This document shows, one piece after another, positions 49,313-59,826 of a stretch of DNA of 64,000 bases. Source of the DNA: an uncultured bacterium (GTDB taxonomy: Bacteria > Desulfobacterota_D > UBA1144); assembly GCA_913050325.1 (NCBI GenBank), contig CAJWZP010000001.1, forward strand, positions 129,611 to 193,610, read 5' to 3'. The position numbers and the translations under genes are program-made. Within the stretch, counting starts at the first letter, position 1. Every line of letters begins with the position of its first letter. Under the pieces are notes generated by a model that made no database searches, had not been told where the DNA came from, and saw only the letters and a program-made list of their open reading frames with translations.

Positions 49313-50023
49313 TTAAGTTTTATATTCTTTTATTTCATTATAATCTAATTTAATAATTTTTCCTGATTCTAGAGTTCCAAGATTTATTTTTCCAATTGCT
49401 ACTCTTTTAAGTTTTTTTACCTTTTTATTAAAAAATTTGAAAAAATTCTTAACAATATGGTTTCTACCCTCACTTATAACTATTTTGATTAAAGTTTCAG
49501 ACTTTTTATTATCTATAATTTCAATATCAATAGGCCTTATGAAGCCATCATCTAAACTTATACCTTTTTTCATTTTTTTTAATAGATTTAGTGCAATGTT
49601 TCCATCAATATGACAAATATAAGTTTTAGTAATTTTAAAGCTTGGGTGAGCTATTTTATGAGCAAAGTCTCCATCATTAGTAAATAGTAATAAACCCTCA
49701 GCATCATAATCCAATCTACCAATAGGAAATATTTTAATTTCTAATTTTGGTAAATAACTAAGAATTGTTTTTTTACTTTCAGTATCAGACATCGAAGTAA
49801 TACAAAATCTAGGTTTGTTCATCTTATAATAGACAAAATCTTGAAATTTTAATATTTTGTTTTCAAATTTAACAATATCTACTGATTCATCAATTATAGT
49901 TTGTGGCTTAATAATCAATTTATTGTTAACTTTAACTTTGCCAAGCTTAATTAATTCATCAGATTTTCTTCTTGCTGCTACACCACAAGCCGAAAGGTAT
50001 TTGTTTAGTCTGATTCCCATCAA
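49313..50023 (-). CDS. S4-domain pseudouridine synthase, RsuA family (size favours RsuA-like)
   Basis: N-terminal S4 domain (RLNKYLSACGVAARRKSDELI) plus the GRLDYDAEGLLLFTNDG catalytic Asp motif. Confidence 0.75.
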   Translation of the reverse strand: MMGIRLNKYLSACGVAARRKSDELIKLGKVKVNNKLIIKPQTIIDESVDIVKFENKILKFQDFVYYKMNKPRFCITSMSDTESKKTILSYLPKLEIKIFPIGRLDYDAEGLLLFTNDGDFAHKIAHPSFKITKTYICHIDGNIALNLLKKMKKGISLDDGFIRPIDIEIIDNKKSETLIKIVISEGRNHIVKNFFKFFNKKVKKLKRVAIGKINLGTLESGKIIKLDYNEIKEYKT

Positions 50024-50032
50024 ATTAAAAAC

Positions 50033-50722
50033 TTATTTTTTCTTTCCAAAAGTTGAAGCCGTTTCCATTGTAATACCTGCATGTGCCCAACAGGCTCCTG
50101 CGGCCATAACCATAGCAATATTTACAGCTTCGGTTATTTCAGCTTTTGTTACACCTTCTTTAATACCATCACGAATACAACTTCTAATGCACCAAGAACA
50201 TTTAGCTAATATCGCACAAGCCAAACCCATGAGTCCTTTTTTTAACTTTTTAGACAAGTGTCCATCTTCATAAACCAAATTATGAAATTCATTAAATTTG
50301 TCATGCATTTCTCCACTTAATTCATGAAATTCTTTAATTTGTGGAGTTATATTTTTTGAAAAAAAGAAGCCATCTGTTACATCCTCTTTATTCATCATTT
50401 TTTCATAGTTCTCAAAAGCGATGCTTGAATAAGCATAAGGTTGACCCATTGATAGTCTCATTGCTATAAAAACAGTCTCAGCTATTTCTTCATCCGTAGC
50501 ACCACAAGATTTAGCAAGTTTTGTTCGTGATCTTATACAATATGGGCATGAAGTAATATGAGCACAGGCTAATGCTATCAATTGCTTATCTTTTTTTGAT
50601 AATAGGCCATCCTCAAAAACAACATTATGATAATTCATCCATTTTTCATTTAATTCAGGTGCAGCATTTTTCAGCATACCCATATAAGATGCAATATCGT
50701 CTTTATATATACTATCTGACAT
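50033..50722 (-). CDS. tandem carboxymuconolactone decarboxylase (AhpD-like) domain protein
   Basis: Two repeats, each with a Cys-x2-Cys-containing helix (AHITSCPYCIRS and AKCSWCIRSC). ATG at 50722. Composition is atypical for this genome. Confidence 0.65.
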   Translation of the reverse strand: MSDSIYKDDIASYMGMLKNAAPELNEKWMNYHNVVFEDGLLSKKDKQLIALACAHITSCPYCIRSRTKLAKSCGATDEEIAETVFIAMRLSMGQPYAYSSIAFENYEKMMNKEDVTDGFFFSKNITPQIKEFHELSGEMHDKFNEFHNLVYEDGHLSKKLKKGLMGLACAILAKCSWCIRSCIRDGIKEGVTKAEITEAVNIAMVMAAGACWAHAGITMETASTFGKKK

Positions 50723-50776
50723 ACACAACCTCCAGCAGAATAATAATTATTTTATCACACATTAATTTTATGTATA

Positions 50777-51739
50777 TTGAAAACAATGATTGATAACAGA
50801 GTCAAAAAATATTTAAAGAAAAACAAAGTCCAAGATAATCGACTATATATGCTGCCGAAGGACGCGTCCAATAGGTCATATTTTAGATTAAGCGATAAGA
50901 AATTAATTGCATTATTTCCTTCAGAATTTGGAGAGTCAATTGAAAAATTTGTACAAATATCAAATATTTTGAAAAAAAGTAATATTAAAATTCCAAAAAT
51001 TATTGATTACGATAAAGATCTTGAAATTCTTTTAATTGAGGATTTTGGTGAAAATAAAATATCCAATCATAAATATAATATTTCGGAAAAAGAATTATTA
51101 AAAAAAGTTATTGATGTAATATTTAAAATTCAAAAAATTACAATCCAAGACTCGATTGATGAATTTAATCTAAAATCTATACTAGATGAATCTCAATTAT
51201 TTATAGATTGGTATTTGGTTGTTGAAAAAAAACTACAAATTACCAAAGAAGCTTCACAAGCATTTCTTGATATGCTAGAAGACTTATATATAAAATTTAA
51301 AATAAAAAATAATGTTTATATTCATAAAGATTTTCATGTTGATAATATTTTTTACCTTCCTAACATTAAGGATGAGATTGCAATTATTGATTATCAAGAT
51401 ATGAATATAGGCCATATTTCATATGATATTTTATCTTTATTACAAGACGTTAGAAAACCTTTAGAAATAGATACAGAAAACCTTTTACTTGATTATTTTC
51501 TAACTAATAACTTAGATTTTAAAAAAGAAATATTAGATGGATATAATTTTTTTTCATTACAAAGAAATCTTAAAATAATAGGTATTTTTGCTAGACTTAA
51601 AAACAGAGACAATAAAGATAAATATATGAATCTTATTGAAAATGGGAAAAAATTTATAATAAAGATATTAAAAAAACCAGAGTTTTTATTAGCTAAAAAA
51701 TGGTTTGATAAATATTTTAAAGAAATTTATGATGTCTAA
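50777..51739 (+). CDS. phosphotransferase enzyme family (APH/choline-kinase-like) protein
   Basis: Catalytic loop HKDFHVDNI and the DFG-equivalent IDYQD. The substrate is not assignable; MurNAc/GlcNAc anomeric kinase is one possibility. Confidence 0.65.
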   Translation: MKTMIDNRVKKYLKKNKVQDNRLYMLPKDASNRSYFRLSDKKLIALFPSEFGESIEKFVQISNILKKSNIKIPKIIDYDKDLEILLIEDFGENKISNHKYNISEKELLKKVIDVIFKIQKITIQDSIDEFNLKSILDESQLFIDWYLVVEKKLQITKEASQAFLDMLEDLYIKFKIKNNVYIHKDFHVDNIFYLPNIKDEIAIIDYQDMNIGHISYDILSLLQDVRKPLEIDTENLLLDYFLTNNLDFKKEILDGYNFFSLQRNLKIIGIFARLKNRDNKDKYMNLIENGKKFIIKILKKPEFLLAKKWFDKYFKEIYDV

Positions 51740-52328
51740 TCAGATAAAACTTATTCAAAATAAAAATACATATTCAGTCAACGCTGATACTATAGAGTTG
51801 ATAGATTTTATTAGAGGTATTCCTAAAAATTCATTAGTAACCGAATTATGTGCAGGAAATGGATTAATATCTATGGCCCTCGAGAAAAAATATGACGTAA
51901 ATGAAATCCATTCTTATGAAATAAATAAAAAAGCAATCAGTATATTTAAAAAAAATATTATTCTCAATAATTTTAAAAAGATTAAAATTTACGAAAGAGA
52001 TATAAAAAATATTGACCTAAAGAAAAATAAAGATGTGTTTGATATAGTAGTGGTTAATCCCCCATACTATAAAAAGGAATCAGGCAAGTTGCCCACTCAC
52101 GACTTTAAAAAAATAGCAAAATTCGAGATGAAGATCAATATGAGTCAGATATTTCAAATTTCTAAGATAATTTTAAAAAAAGAAGGGGAATTTTATTTTT
52201 GCTATCCAAATGAACGAATAAATGAGGTAAAAGAAAATTCAAATAATTATAAATTTAAAATTAATGAAATATATAAAAAAAAATATAGTAATAAAATTAT
52301 AAATTTTTTTAAATTAAAAAAAATTTAA
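51729..52328 (+). CDS. N6-adenine/small-domain methyltransferase (NPPY), tRNA/rRNA methyltransferase-like
   Basis: ELCAGNG (SAM-binding motif I) and VVNPPYY (motif IV). The ATG at 51729 lies inside the track ORF. Confidence 0.6.
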   Translation: MMSNQIKLIQNKNTYSVNADTIELIDFIRGIPKNSLVTELCAGNGLISMALEKKYDVNEIHSYEINKKAISIFKKNIILNNFKKIKIYERDIKNIDLKKNKDVFDIVVVNPPYYKKESGKLPTHDFKKIAKFEMKINMSQIFQISKIILKKEGEFYFCYPNERINEVKENSNNYKFKINEIYKKKYSNKIINFFKLKKI

Positions 52329-53689
52329 TTTATTAGTTTTTTAATAAAACTTGAAGAAATCTTAATACCAACTAGATTTTTATTGTTTTTCTTTAACTCA
52401 TTAACAGTCATATGATCAAAATTAAATATTTTTATAATTTTTTTATTAATAATTACTAAAGGCAAATATTTTCTTGCGAATCTTGGAATTTTATAATCAA
52501 TAAATAAATCATGAACTTTTTTTGTTATTCCTCTGTTAGGGAATTTCATTTTATCACCTTTTTTAAAAGACCTTATTGATAAAACATCAAAGCTACTTAT
52601 ATCAAAATAAGTATAACCTTTAAGATTAGGTTTATGTGTAACACTAAATAAAAAATGTGAAAATTTGGTTGTTCTCAAATTAGTTATTTCATAATCAAAA
52701 TCATTATTGAATATATTCTTATCGTCATAAAAAAAAATTTTATCATAACCTTTTTCTACAAAAATATTTTTAGAAATATTTATTTTGCCTGATACTTTTT
52801 CAGATTCTATTAATTTAATTGAATCATCAATATTTTTAAAAATGATATTATTTTGATTACCTAAGATTTTTTCTAGTATGTTCTTTATCACTAAATATTT
52901 TAATGCTTTGGGTTTATCAATGAAAAATTTAGTCTTTAGTATCAAAATATTTTTATTTTTTATAAGATTTTTATTTATAAATTCATCTGTAAGGTCATTC
53001 AAAAAGTTATTTGTTAAATTAATATTATTTAATAAACCATTGAATGAATGTTTAAAGTTAGGATTCAAATTAAGAACATTATTTAAAATTTTATGTCGAA
53101 TAAAATTTCTAGTAAACTTTATATCGCTATTTGATTCATCTTCACGCCAATTTAGTTTATTTTTTTTTAAGTATTCAATAATTTCTTTTTTTTCTATTGA
53201 CAACAATGGTCGAAAATAATTATCCGAAATCTCTTTCATAGAACTTAAACCTGTCAAACCAGTTCCTCTAATTAATCGCATTAAGAAAGTTTCAATTTGA
53301 TCATCTAAGTGATGCGCTAAAATAATTTTTTTAGCTTTATGATTAATTAAATTTTCTTCAAAAAAAAGTTTTCTTTCATCTCTTGCAGTTTCTTCAATAC
53401 TTTTTTTTAATTTTTTAGAGAGTTGGATAATATCTTTTTTAACAACCACCAAATCAATCTTTAATTTTGCACAGAAATCTCTAACAAAAGCTTCATCTTC
53501 ATCAGATTCCTTAGATCGTAAGGAGTGATTGTAGTGACACGCTTTAATTTCAAAATCAAAATTCTCATTTAAATAATGTAATAATGCTATGGAGTCTGAG
53601 CCACCTGATAAGCCATAAATAATTTTAGACCCTGGAGATAAATTTTTACTAATTTTAGAACTTAAATTTTGAAATATTTTGCTCTTCAT
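52325..53689 (-). CDS. tilS: tRNA(Ile)-lysidine synthetase TilS
   Basis: PP-loop GLSGGSDSIALLHYL. 454 aa with the C-terminal substrate-binding domain. Confidence 0.85.
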   Translation of the reverse strand: MKSKIFQNLSSKISKNLSPGSKIIYGLSGGSDSIALLHYLNENFDFEIKACHYNHSLRSKESDEDEAFVRDFCAKLKIDLVVVKKDIIQLSKKLKKSIEETARDERKLFFEENLINHKAKKIILAHHLDDQIETFLMRLIRGTGLTGLSSMKEISDNYFRPLLSIEKKEIIEYLKKNKLNWREDESNSDIKFTRNFIRHKILNNVLNLNPNFKHSFNGLLNNINLTNNFLNDLTDEFINKNLIKNKNILILKTKFFIDKPKALKYLVIKNILEKILGNQNNIIFKNIDDSIKLIESEKVSGKINISKNIFVEKGYDKIFFYDDKNIFNNDFDYEITNLRTTKFSHFLFSVTHKPNLKGYTYFDISSFDVLSIRSFKKGDKMKFPNRGITKKVHDLFIDYKIPRFARKYLPLVIINKKIIKIFNFDHMTVNELKKNNKNLVGIKISSSFIKKLIN

Positions 53690-54293
53690 TTAATGAAAGA
53701 CCTCCGGAAACTATTAACTTAAATGCATCGTCGGCAGATATATCTAGTTCCTTGATATCTTCTTTTTTTAAAAAAATTAAAAAACCTGATGTAGGATTTG
53801 GTGATGTTGGAACAAATACTGGAATTTTATCAAGTTTATCATTTTTTAAATCTTGAGTAGCAAAACCAATTGTATAAGATCCCTTTCTAGGATATTCAAC
53901 AAGTACTGCTTTTTGACTTTTAGGGCCTTGAGAAAATATTATTTTTGAAACCTGCTTTATGGTTGTAAATATAGTATTTGCTAAAGGAATTCTTGTTATA
54001 GTTTTTTCCCCTGCATTTAATAAAAATTTACCTAATAAGTTTTTAGTAAAAATACCAAGCAAAGTAATAAATGCGATAAATGAAAATGCAGCAATCATAA
54101 AAACTATAAACTGGGATAAATATGGATTAATTGAATCTGGAATATCTAAGAAACGTGCGGGAGTAAAATCAACAAAATTATTAAGCCAAGCTGTGATTTG
54201 AATTATTAAATAAATTGTTATTAAAAAGGGGATAAATATAATTAGACCAGAAATAAAATATCTCCTAAAAAGACCTAAAAACTTATTCATCAA
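53655..54293 (-). CDS. DUF502-family membrane protein
   Basis: 212 aa with two N-terminal transmembrane segments and a conserved GKF...P.A core, as I recall for DUF502. Confidence 0.5.
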   Translation of the reverse strand: MMNKFLGLFRRYFISGLIIFIPFLITIYLIIQITAWLNNFVDFTPARFLDIPDSINPYLSQFIVFMIAAFSFIAFITLLGIFTKNLLGKFLLNAGEKTITRIPLANTIFTTIKQVSKIIFSQGPKSQKAVLVEYPRKGSYTIGFATQDLKNDKLDKIPVFVPTSPNPTSGFLIFLKKEDIKELDISADDAFKLIVSGGLSLNEEQNISKFKF

Positions 54294-54576
54294 CTTCCTC
54301 TTTTTTGTTTAATCTTGCTCTTAAAATTTTACTAGGTCTAAAAACTATTGCCTTTCTTTTAGAGATTTCAATTCTTTCACCAGTAGATGGATTTCTACCT
54401 AGTCTAGGTCTTCTTTCTTGTATTTTCAGTGATCCAAATTTAGGCAACTTAACATCGCTTCCCTTAGATAAAGAATTAATTATCATCTCGAAAAATTTAT
54501 CGACAATTTTTGCCGATTCCTTTAAATTAAGACCCATTTTTTTATGTAATCTACTCGCCAATTCTTTTTTTGTCAT
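54283..54576 (-). CDS. ihfA: integration host factor alpha subunit / HU-family DNA-binding protein
   Basis: 97 aa with the HU/IHF fold signature (GSLKIQERRPRLGRNPSTGERIEI). Located immediately downstream of pheT, as for ihfA. Confidence 0.75.
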   Translation of the reverse strand: MTKKELASRLHKKMGLNLKESAKIVDKFFEMIINSLSKGSDVKLPKFGSLKIQERRPRLGRNPSTGERIEISKRKAIVFRPSKILRARLNKKEEVDE

Positions 54577-56969
54577 GTGCTCCTCACTTCAAAATCATAC
54601 AATTCTTTAATCTTTGAGATTATTAAATCTGTAGCATTGGATACTTCTGAATCCTCGAGGGTTTTTTCTGATGTTTCATAAATTAAAGAAAATGAAATAC
54701 TAACTTTATCTTTTCCAATTTTATCACTTTGAAAGGAGTCAAAAATTTTTACATCTTTTAATATAGGTACATTTAATTCCAAAATCTTTTTAAGAATTGA
54801 GTCAGCAGGAACATTTTTTTTCAATATAATCGAAAAGTCTCTTTTCACTTGAGGTAGATTTGAAAAAGCCTTCATAGATTTGGTCGTATTGATGTCTTTG
54901 GGAAGATTTTCTATATTTAATTCACACCCGAGTAAAGATTTTTTTATATTAAAAGATTTTAATAATTGTGGGTGTATTTCACCTATCTGGCCAATTTCAA
55001 TATTGTTGATTTCTATTTTTGCACTTTTTCCTGGGTGATATAAGTTATTATCGTTTATTTTTGAAAAAGAAATTTGTGTTGAATTAAAATTGAATGAAAA
55101 TAAAATCTTTTCTACTATACCTTTTAAATCATAATAATTTGTTGGTGTTTTATCCCACAATAAATCTTGCCTAGTTTCGGATGAAAGAAAAGAAATGTAA
55201 AGATTTTCAGAATTTTCCTTTTTATCAATAAATACTTTACCAATTTCAAAAATATTAATCGCCTCAGATCCTCTGTTGAGGTTATAAGAAGCATTTTCAA
55301 TCAAAGATGAAAGAAGGTTGTTTCTCATTACCGAAAGATCTGATGAAATGGGATTCAAAATTTTTAATGAACTATTATTAGAATTTAAAATATTTTCATT
55401 ACTAACAAAACTAAAGTTAACAACTTCTGAATATCCATGAGATATTAATATGTTTCGGATTAACTTTTTTTCATTTCTATAAGATAAAAAATTATTATTA
55501 GGCTTTAAAGCAAGCGGTATTTTTGGGGAGATTTCAGGTATTGAATCTAAACCCATCATTCTAGCTATTTCTTCAATTAAATCATGTTCATCTTTAAGAT
55601 CTGTTCTATAATCAGGTGGAATTAAAGTTGAATATTCTTCAGTTTCATTAATCAGTTTAATATTTAAACAATTAAAAATATCATAAATTTTCTCTTTATT
55701 TATATCTATACCTATTACAGAAGAGATTTTAGATAAATTAATTTTGATAGGATCTAAATTTTTTATGTTTATATTTGAATCATAAATTTCATTGGAAATT
55801 TCTCCACCGCAAAAATCTGCAATTAAATTTGCAGCATTAATTATGTTTATTCTCGTCAAATTAGGTGGAACATCTCTTTCAAATCTAAAAGATGATTCAG
55901 TAGAAATATTTAGATGTTTTGAACTTTTTCGAATAGATTCGGGATTAAATGAAGCACACTCTAATAGAATATCTTTTGTTTCAAAAGAAACAGAGGTTCT
56001 TTTTCCACCTATTATTCCTGCAAGAGCGACTGGACCTATACCATCAGAAATAGATAAACTTTTGTTTGTTTGACATTGTTGGTTAGATAAGGTTTCAAAT
56101 TCTGAATCAGTCTGATCTGATATTATAATTTTTTTACTATTTATTAAATCTAAATCAAAAGCATGAATCGGTTGACCAGAAACCAGCATAAAATAATTTG
56201 TAATGTCTACTAAATTGTTAATTGATGAGATTCCAAACTTTGCTAAATAATTTTTTAACCAGAAAGGTGAATTACCGATTTTAACATTATTTATTTTTGT
56301 TAAGCAATATCTTCTAACATTTTTCGAATCAATTGAAACGTCAATATCAATCTGGGAGCTATTTTGAAACAAATTATCATCAAAATCAAAAGCTGGTTTT
56401 ATTTTATTTTTTAGAACTGCGCAAATCTCTCTAGATATACCATAAGAACTTAGGCAATCTCCTCTGTTAGGCGTAATACCTAAATCTAATATAAAGTCAT
56501 TCAATTCATAAAATTTATTTAATGATTCTCCAATTTGGTAATTATTTGGAAGTAAAAATATTCCATCATCAATTTGATAAGGTAAGCCTAACTCCTGTAA
56601 GGAACACAACATCCCATAAGACTCTTGATCCCTAATCTTACTTTTTTTGATTTTTAATCCTGTAGGCAGTTTGCTTCCTACTAAAGCAGTGGGCACAAAA
56701 TCTCCAATATTAATGTTTTTTGCTCCACAGACAATTTGTAAACTCTCTTCTTTTCCAATGTTAATTTCACAGATTTGTAATTTGTCAGCATTTGGATGCT
56801 TAAAAATGTTAGCAATTTCACCTACAACTATTAAATCATCTAAAGATTCAAAATCACATTTTGTTACAGAATCGACTTCAATTCCGGACATCGTCAATTT
56901 TTCAGAGATTTCTTCAATATTTAGCTTTTCATCAAAGAAAACTTCTAAAGATGAGAATGATATTAACAT
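54573..56969 (-). CDS. pheT: phenylalanine--tRNA ligase beta subunit PheT
   Basis: 798 aa with an N-terminal tRNA-binding domain (HPNADKLQICEI), B3/4, B5 and FDX-ACB domains. Confidence 0.9.
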   Translation of the reverse strand: MLISFSSLEVFFDEKLNIEEISEKLTMSGIEVDSVTKCDFESLDDLIVVGEIANIFKHPNADKLQICEINIGKEESLQIVCGAKNINIGDFVPTALVGSKLPTGLKIKKSKIRDQESYGMLCSLQELGLPYQIDDGIFLLPNNYQIGESLNKFYELNDFILDLGITPNRGDCLSSYGISREICAVLKNKIKPAFDFDDNLFQNSSQIDIDVSIDSKNVRRYCLTKINNVKIGNSPFWLKNYLAKFGISSINNLVDITNYFMLVSGQPIHAFDLDLINSKKIIISDQTDSEFETLSNQQCQTNKSLSISDGIGPVALAGIIGGKRTSVSFETKDILLECASFNPESIRKSSKHLNISTESSFRFERDVPPNLTRINIINAANLIADFCGGEISNEIYDSNINIKNLDPIKINLSKISSVIGIDINKEKIYDIFNCLNIKLINETEEYSTLIPPDYRTDLKDEHDLIEEIARMMGLDSIPEISPKIPLALKPNNNFLSYRNEKKLIRNILISHGYSEVVNFSFVSNENILNSNNSSLKILNPISSDLSVMRNNLLSSLIENASYNLNRGSEAINIFEIGKVFIDKKENSENLYISFLSSETRQDLLWDKTPTNYYDLKGIVEKILFSFNFNSTQISFSKINDNNLYHPGKSAKIEINNIEIGQIGEIHPQLLKSFNIKKSLLGCELNIENLPKDINTTKSMKAFSNLPQVKRDFSIILKKNVPADSILKKILELNVPILKDVKIFDSFQSDKIGKDKVSISFSLIYETSEKTLEDSEVSNATDLIISKIKELYDFEVRST

Positions 56970-57107
56970 GATTATTACCTAACCTTCCCAATATATTACT
57001 TTTTTTTTATTATTTTGTCATTTAATTTAAAAAAAAAGATATTAACATTTTTCCACATTGTGTTGATAGATTACTTTAAAAACTCTCTAAGTTATTGATA
57101 TTATTGA

Positions 57108-58514
57108 CTATTTTCCTATACAAAACTTTGCAAAAATCACATCATATATATCATTATTGGAAATTTCTCCTGTAATTTCAGACATAATGTTTAATAATGA
57201 TCTAATATCTATGGAAACTATTTCTAGAGGTACTTTTCTAGTATAGAGCTCTTTGGCTTTGTAGAGTGCTTCCAATGCATTAGTTGTAAGATTTTTTTGT
57301 CTTTCATTTGTCATGACAGATTCAGGATTTGATTCGGCAATATTTGAAAAACCCGACACAATCTTATTCATTACTTCATTTGAATTGTTAGAATCCAACG
57401 CTGAAATATTTATAGACTGAACTTTTTCGTTTGATGCGAAACTCTTTAAAAAATCCAATTTTTCTTTTAAATTTTTTTCATCAATTAAATCTATTTTATT
57501 ATTAACTAAAATTATTGTTCCACGTGGAACTTTTTTTAACTTTTTTAATATACTTTTTATATTATTCTCAATGATTTTATTATCCTTTATGCTAATATCG
57601 TTAATCAAAAGAACCAAATCAGCAAATTCAACCTCTTTTAAGGCTTTATCTATCCCTATTTTTTCAATTTTGTTAGTGGTTGATCTTATTCCTGCTGTAT
57701 CTAAAAAAATTAATTTTAGTCCATTATATAATATGGAATATTCCAAGGTATCTCTTGTAGTCCCAGGTTCGTTAGAAACAATAGCTTTCTCATTTTCCAA
57801 AAAAGAATTAAACATTGTAGATTTTCCAGCATTTGGAGGTCCAAGAATCAATACTCTAAGACCATTTTTTAAAACCACTCCTTTATCATAGCTTTGAATA
57901 ATTGATTTTAACTTCAGTTCAATTTTGTCAAACAAATTGTAAATTTTTTTGTTCTCTATTAATGGTATATCTTCTTCTGGGAAATCTACCCTGGATTCTA
58001 TTTCTGCAAGCAACTCGATACTTAAGTCTTTGATATTATTGAATTTTTTGTTAAAATTTCCAGAATAATTCATAATTGAATTAGATAAAGAGGCTTGTGA
58101 ATCTGAATTTATAATATCAGAAATCGCTTCAGCTTTTAGTAAATCAATTTTTCCATTCATATATGCTCTGTAGGAAAACTCTCCTGGCGAAGCAATAACC
58201 GCACCTTTATTTTCTAAAATCTTTAAAATTTCAGTTGAAACCTGCTTGCCACCATGTAAATGATATTCAATTACATCTTCGCCAGTAAAAGAATGTGGTT
58301 TATTAAAGAAAACACATAGTCCTTCATCTATCATCGTTTTACCATTTAAAAATTGACCATAGTAAAAATATCTCGGCTTTTTTAGTTTTTTTGAAAAAAT
58401 TTTCTCTGATATGGTCAAGGCATTATCACCAGAAATTCTTACAATAGAAACAGATCCCAGCCCAGGAGGTGTACATAAAGCGCATATTGTAGTTTTATTA
58501 TCAGCTATAGTCAT
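57108..58514 (-). CDS. mnmE: tRNA modification GTPase MnmE (TrmE)
   Basis: The ATG at 58514 gives MTIADNKTTICALCTPPGLGSVSIVRISG. G-domain GPPNAGKST and DTAGIR motifs. C-terminal CIGK. Confidence 0.9.
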   Translation of the reverse strand: MTIADNKTTICALCTPPGLGSVSIVRISGDNALTISEKIFSKKLKKPRYFYYGQFLNGKTMIDEGLCVFFNKPHSFTGEDVIEYHLHGGKQVSTEILKILENKGAVIASPGEFSYRAYMNGKIDLLKAEAISDIINSDSQASLSNSIMNYSGNFNKKFNNIKDLSIELLAEIESRVDFPEEDIPLIENKKIYNLFDKIELKLKSIIQSYDKGVVLKNGLRVLILGPPNAGKSTMFNSFLENEKAIVSNEPGTTRDTLEYSILYNGLKLIFLDTAGIRSTTNKIEKIGIDKALKEVEFADLVLLINDISIKDNKIIENNIKSILKKLKKVPRGTIILVNNKIDLIDEKNLKEKLDFLKSFASNEKVQSINISALDSNNSNEVMNKIVSGFSNIAESNPESVMTNERQKNLTTNALEALYKAKELYTRKVPLEIVSIDIRSLLNIMSEITGEISNNDIYDVIFAKFCIGK

Positions 58515-58631
58515 TATGTATATTATTTCTGAAGAGCAGAAATTCGCAAAGTTTTCTTTGCGAACAAATGACCTCTCAGATATAATTATTTGTCGTATCA
58601 CCCCACAATTTTAAATACATTGGAGGAAAAA

Positions 58632-59777
58632 ATGAGTTTATGCTTTGATTTTTCAGATGACCAAAAAATGATGAAAGAAGCAATAGTAACTTTTTGCAAG
58701 GAGGAAATATCACCCTTAGTTGAAAAAGCAGAAGAGGAACAATCTTTTCCACTTGAGCTATATCCCAAGATGGCCGAAATGGGTTTTCTTGGAATTTGTT
58801 TCGAAGAAAAATATGGTGGACTCGGTTTAGATAAAGTAACCCAATGTATACTGGCTGAAGAGTTAGGAAAAACTTGCGCCGGGATTGCTAAAGGGGTAGC
58901 AGCGCATGTTGACCTCGGTTCGCTCCCTATAGCAAAATTTGGTACAGAAGCCCAAAAAGAAAAATATCTTGTACCATCAATTGCAGGTGAAATGATTGGC
59001 GCATTAGCAATAACAGAACCAAATGCTGGCACTGATGCAAGATCAATCAAGACAAATGCTGTTAAAGATGGTGATTCATGGATTTTAAATGGAACTAAAA
59101 CTTGGTGTTCTAATGGTGTTACATGTAACTATGTTATTGTTGCTGCTTACACAAACAAAGAGGATAAGAAAAATGGAATAAGTATCTTCATTGTCGATAA
59201 AGACCTTCCTGGTTTTGAAGTTTCTAGAAAAATTCATAAACTTGGCCATAGGTCTTCGGACGTTGCTGAACTCGTATTTGAAAACTGTAAGTTACCAGCT
59301 GACGCTTTGCTAGGTGAAGAAGAAGGAAAATTTCAAGCACTTATGGACACTCTTATTGCGGCTAGAATTTCCCATGCTATAAAAAGTGTTGGCTTAGCAA
59401 CTGCTGCTTTTGAATACGCATTGCAATACTCAAAAGAAAGAGAAGCTTTTGGAAGACCAATAAATAAATTTCAAGGCGTAAGTTTTAAACTTGCTCAAAT
59501 GGCTGTGAAAATTGAAACAGCTAGACTCTTAGGTTATAAAGCTGCATGGCTTTATGATCAGGGAAGGCCTTGTGTAATGGAAGCCTCGATGGCAAAACTA
59601 TACTCTGCTGAAATTGTTCAGTGGTGTGCTAGTGAAGGAGTTCAAGTTTTAGGAGGTTATGGTTATGCAACAGAATACGATGCTGAAAGATTCTATCGAG
59701 ATGCAAAATTATCCTCAATTACCGAGGGAACCTCAGAAATTCAACATGTTATAATAGCAAAGGAGCTTGGAATTTAA
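58632..59777 (+). CDS. acyl-CoA dehydrogenase
   Basis: ACAD fold (catalytic-base region YATEYDAERFYRDAKLSSITEGTSEIQ). GGAGG ribosome-binding site before the ATG at 58632. Confidence 0.85.
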   Translation: MSLCFDFSDDQKMMKEAIVTFCKEEISPLVEKAEEEQSFPLELYPKMAEMGFLGICFEEKYGGLGLDKVTQCILAEELGKTCAGIAKGVAAHVDLGSLPIAKFGTEAQKEKYLVPSIAGEMIGALAITEPNAGTDARSIKTNAVKDGDSWILNGTKTWCSNGVTCNYVIVAAYTNKEDKKNGISIFIVDKDLPGFEVSRKIHKLGHRSSDVAELVFENCKLPADALLGEEEGKFQALMDTLIAARISHAIKSVGLATAAFEYALQYSKEREAFGRPINKFQGVSFKLAQMAVKIETARLLGYKAAWLYDQGRPCVMEASMAKLYSAEIVQWCASEGVQVLGGYGYATEYDAERFYRDAKLSSITEGTSEIQHVIIAKELGI

Positions 59778-59826
59778 ATAAATTTTGTTAATCTAAAAAA
59801 ATATTATTTTAAAGGAGAATTATAAA

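Noticed and set aside
56970-57107. Possible pheS remnant or tRNA between pheT and mnmE
   Set aside because: It is only 138 bp of AT-rich spacer, with no pheS-like reading frame and no tRNA features.
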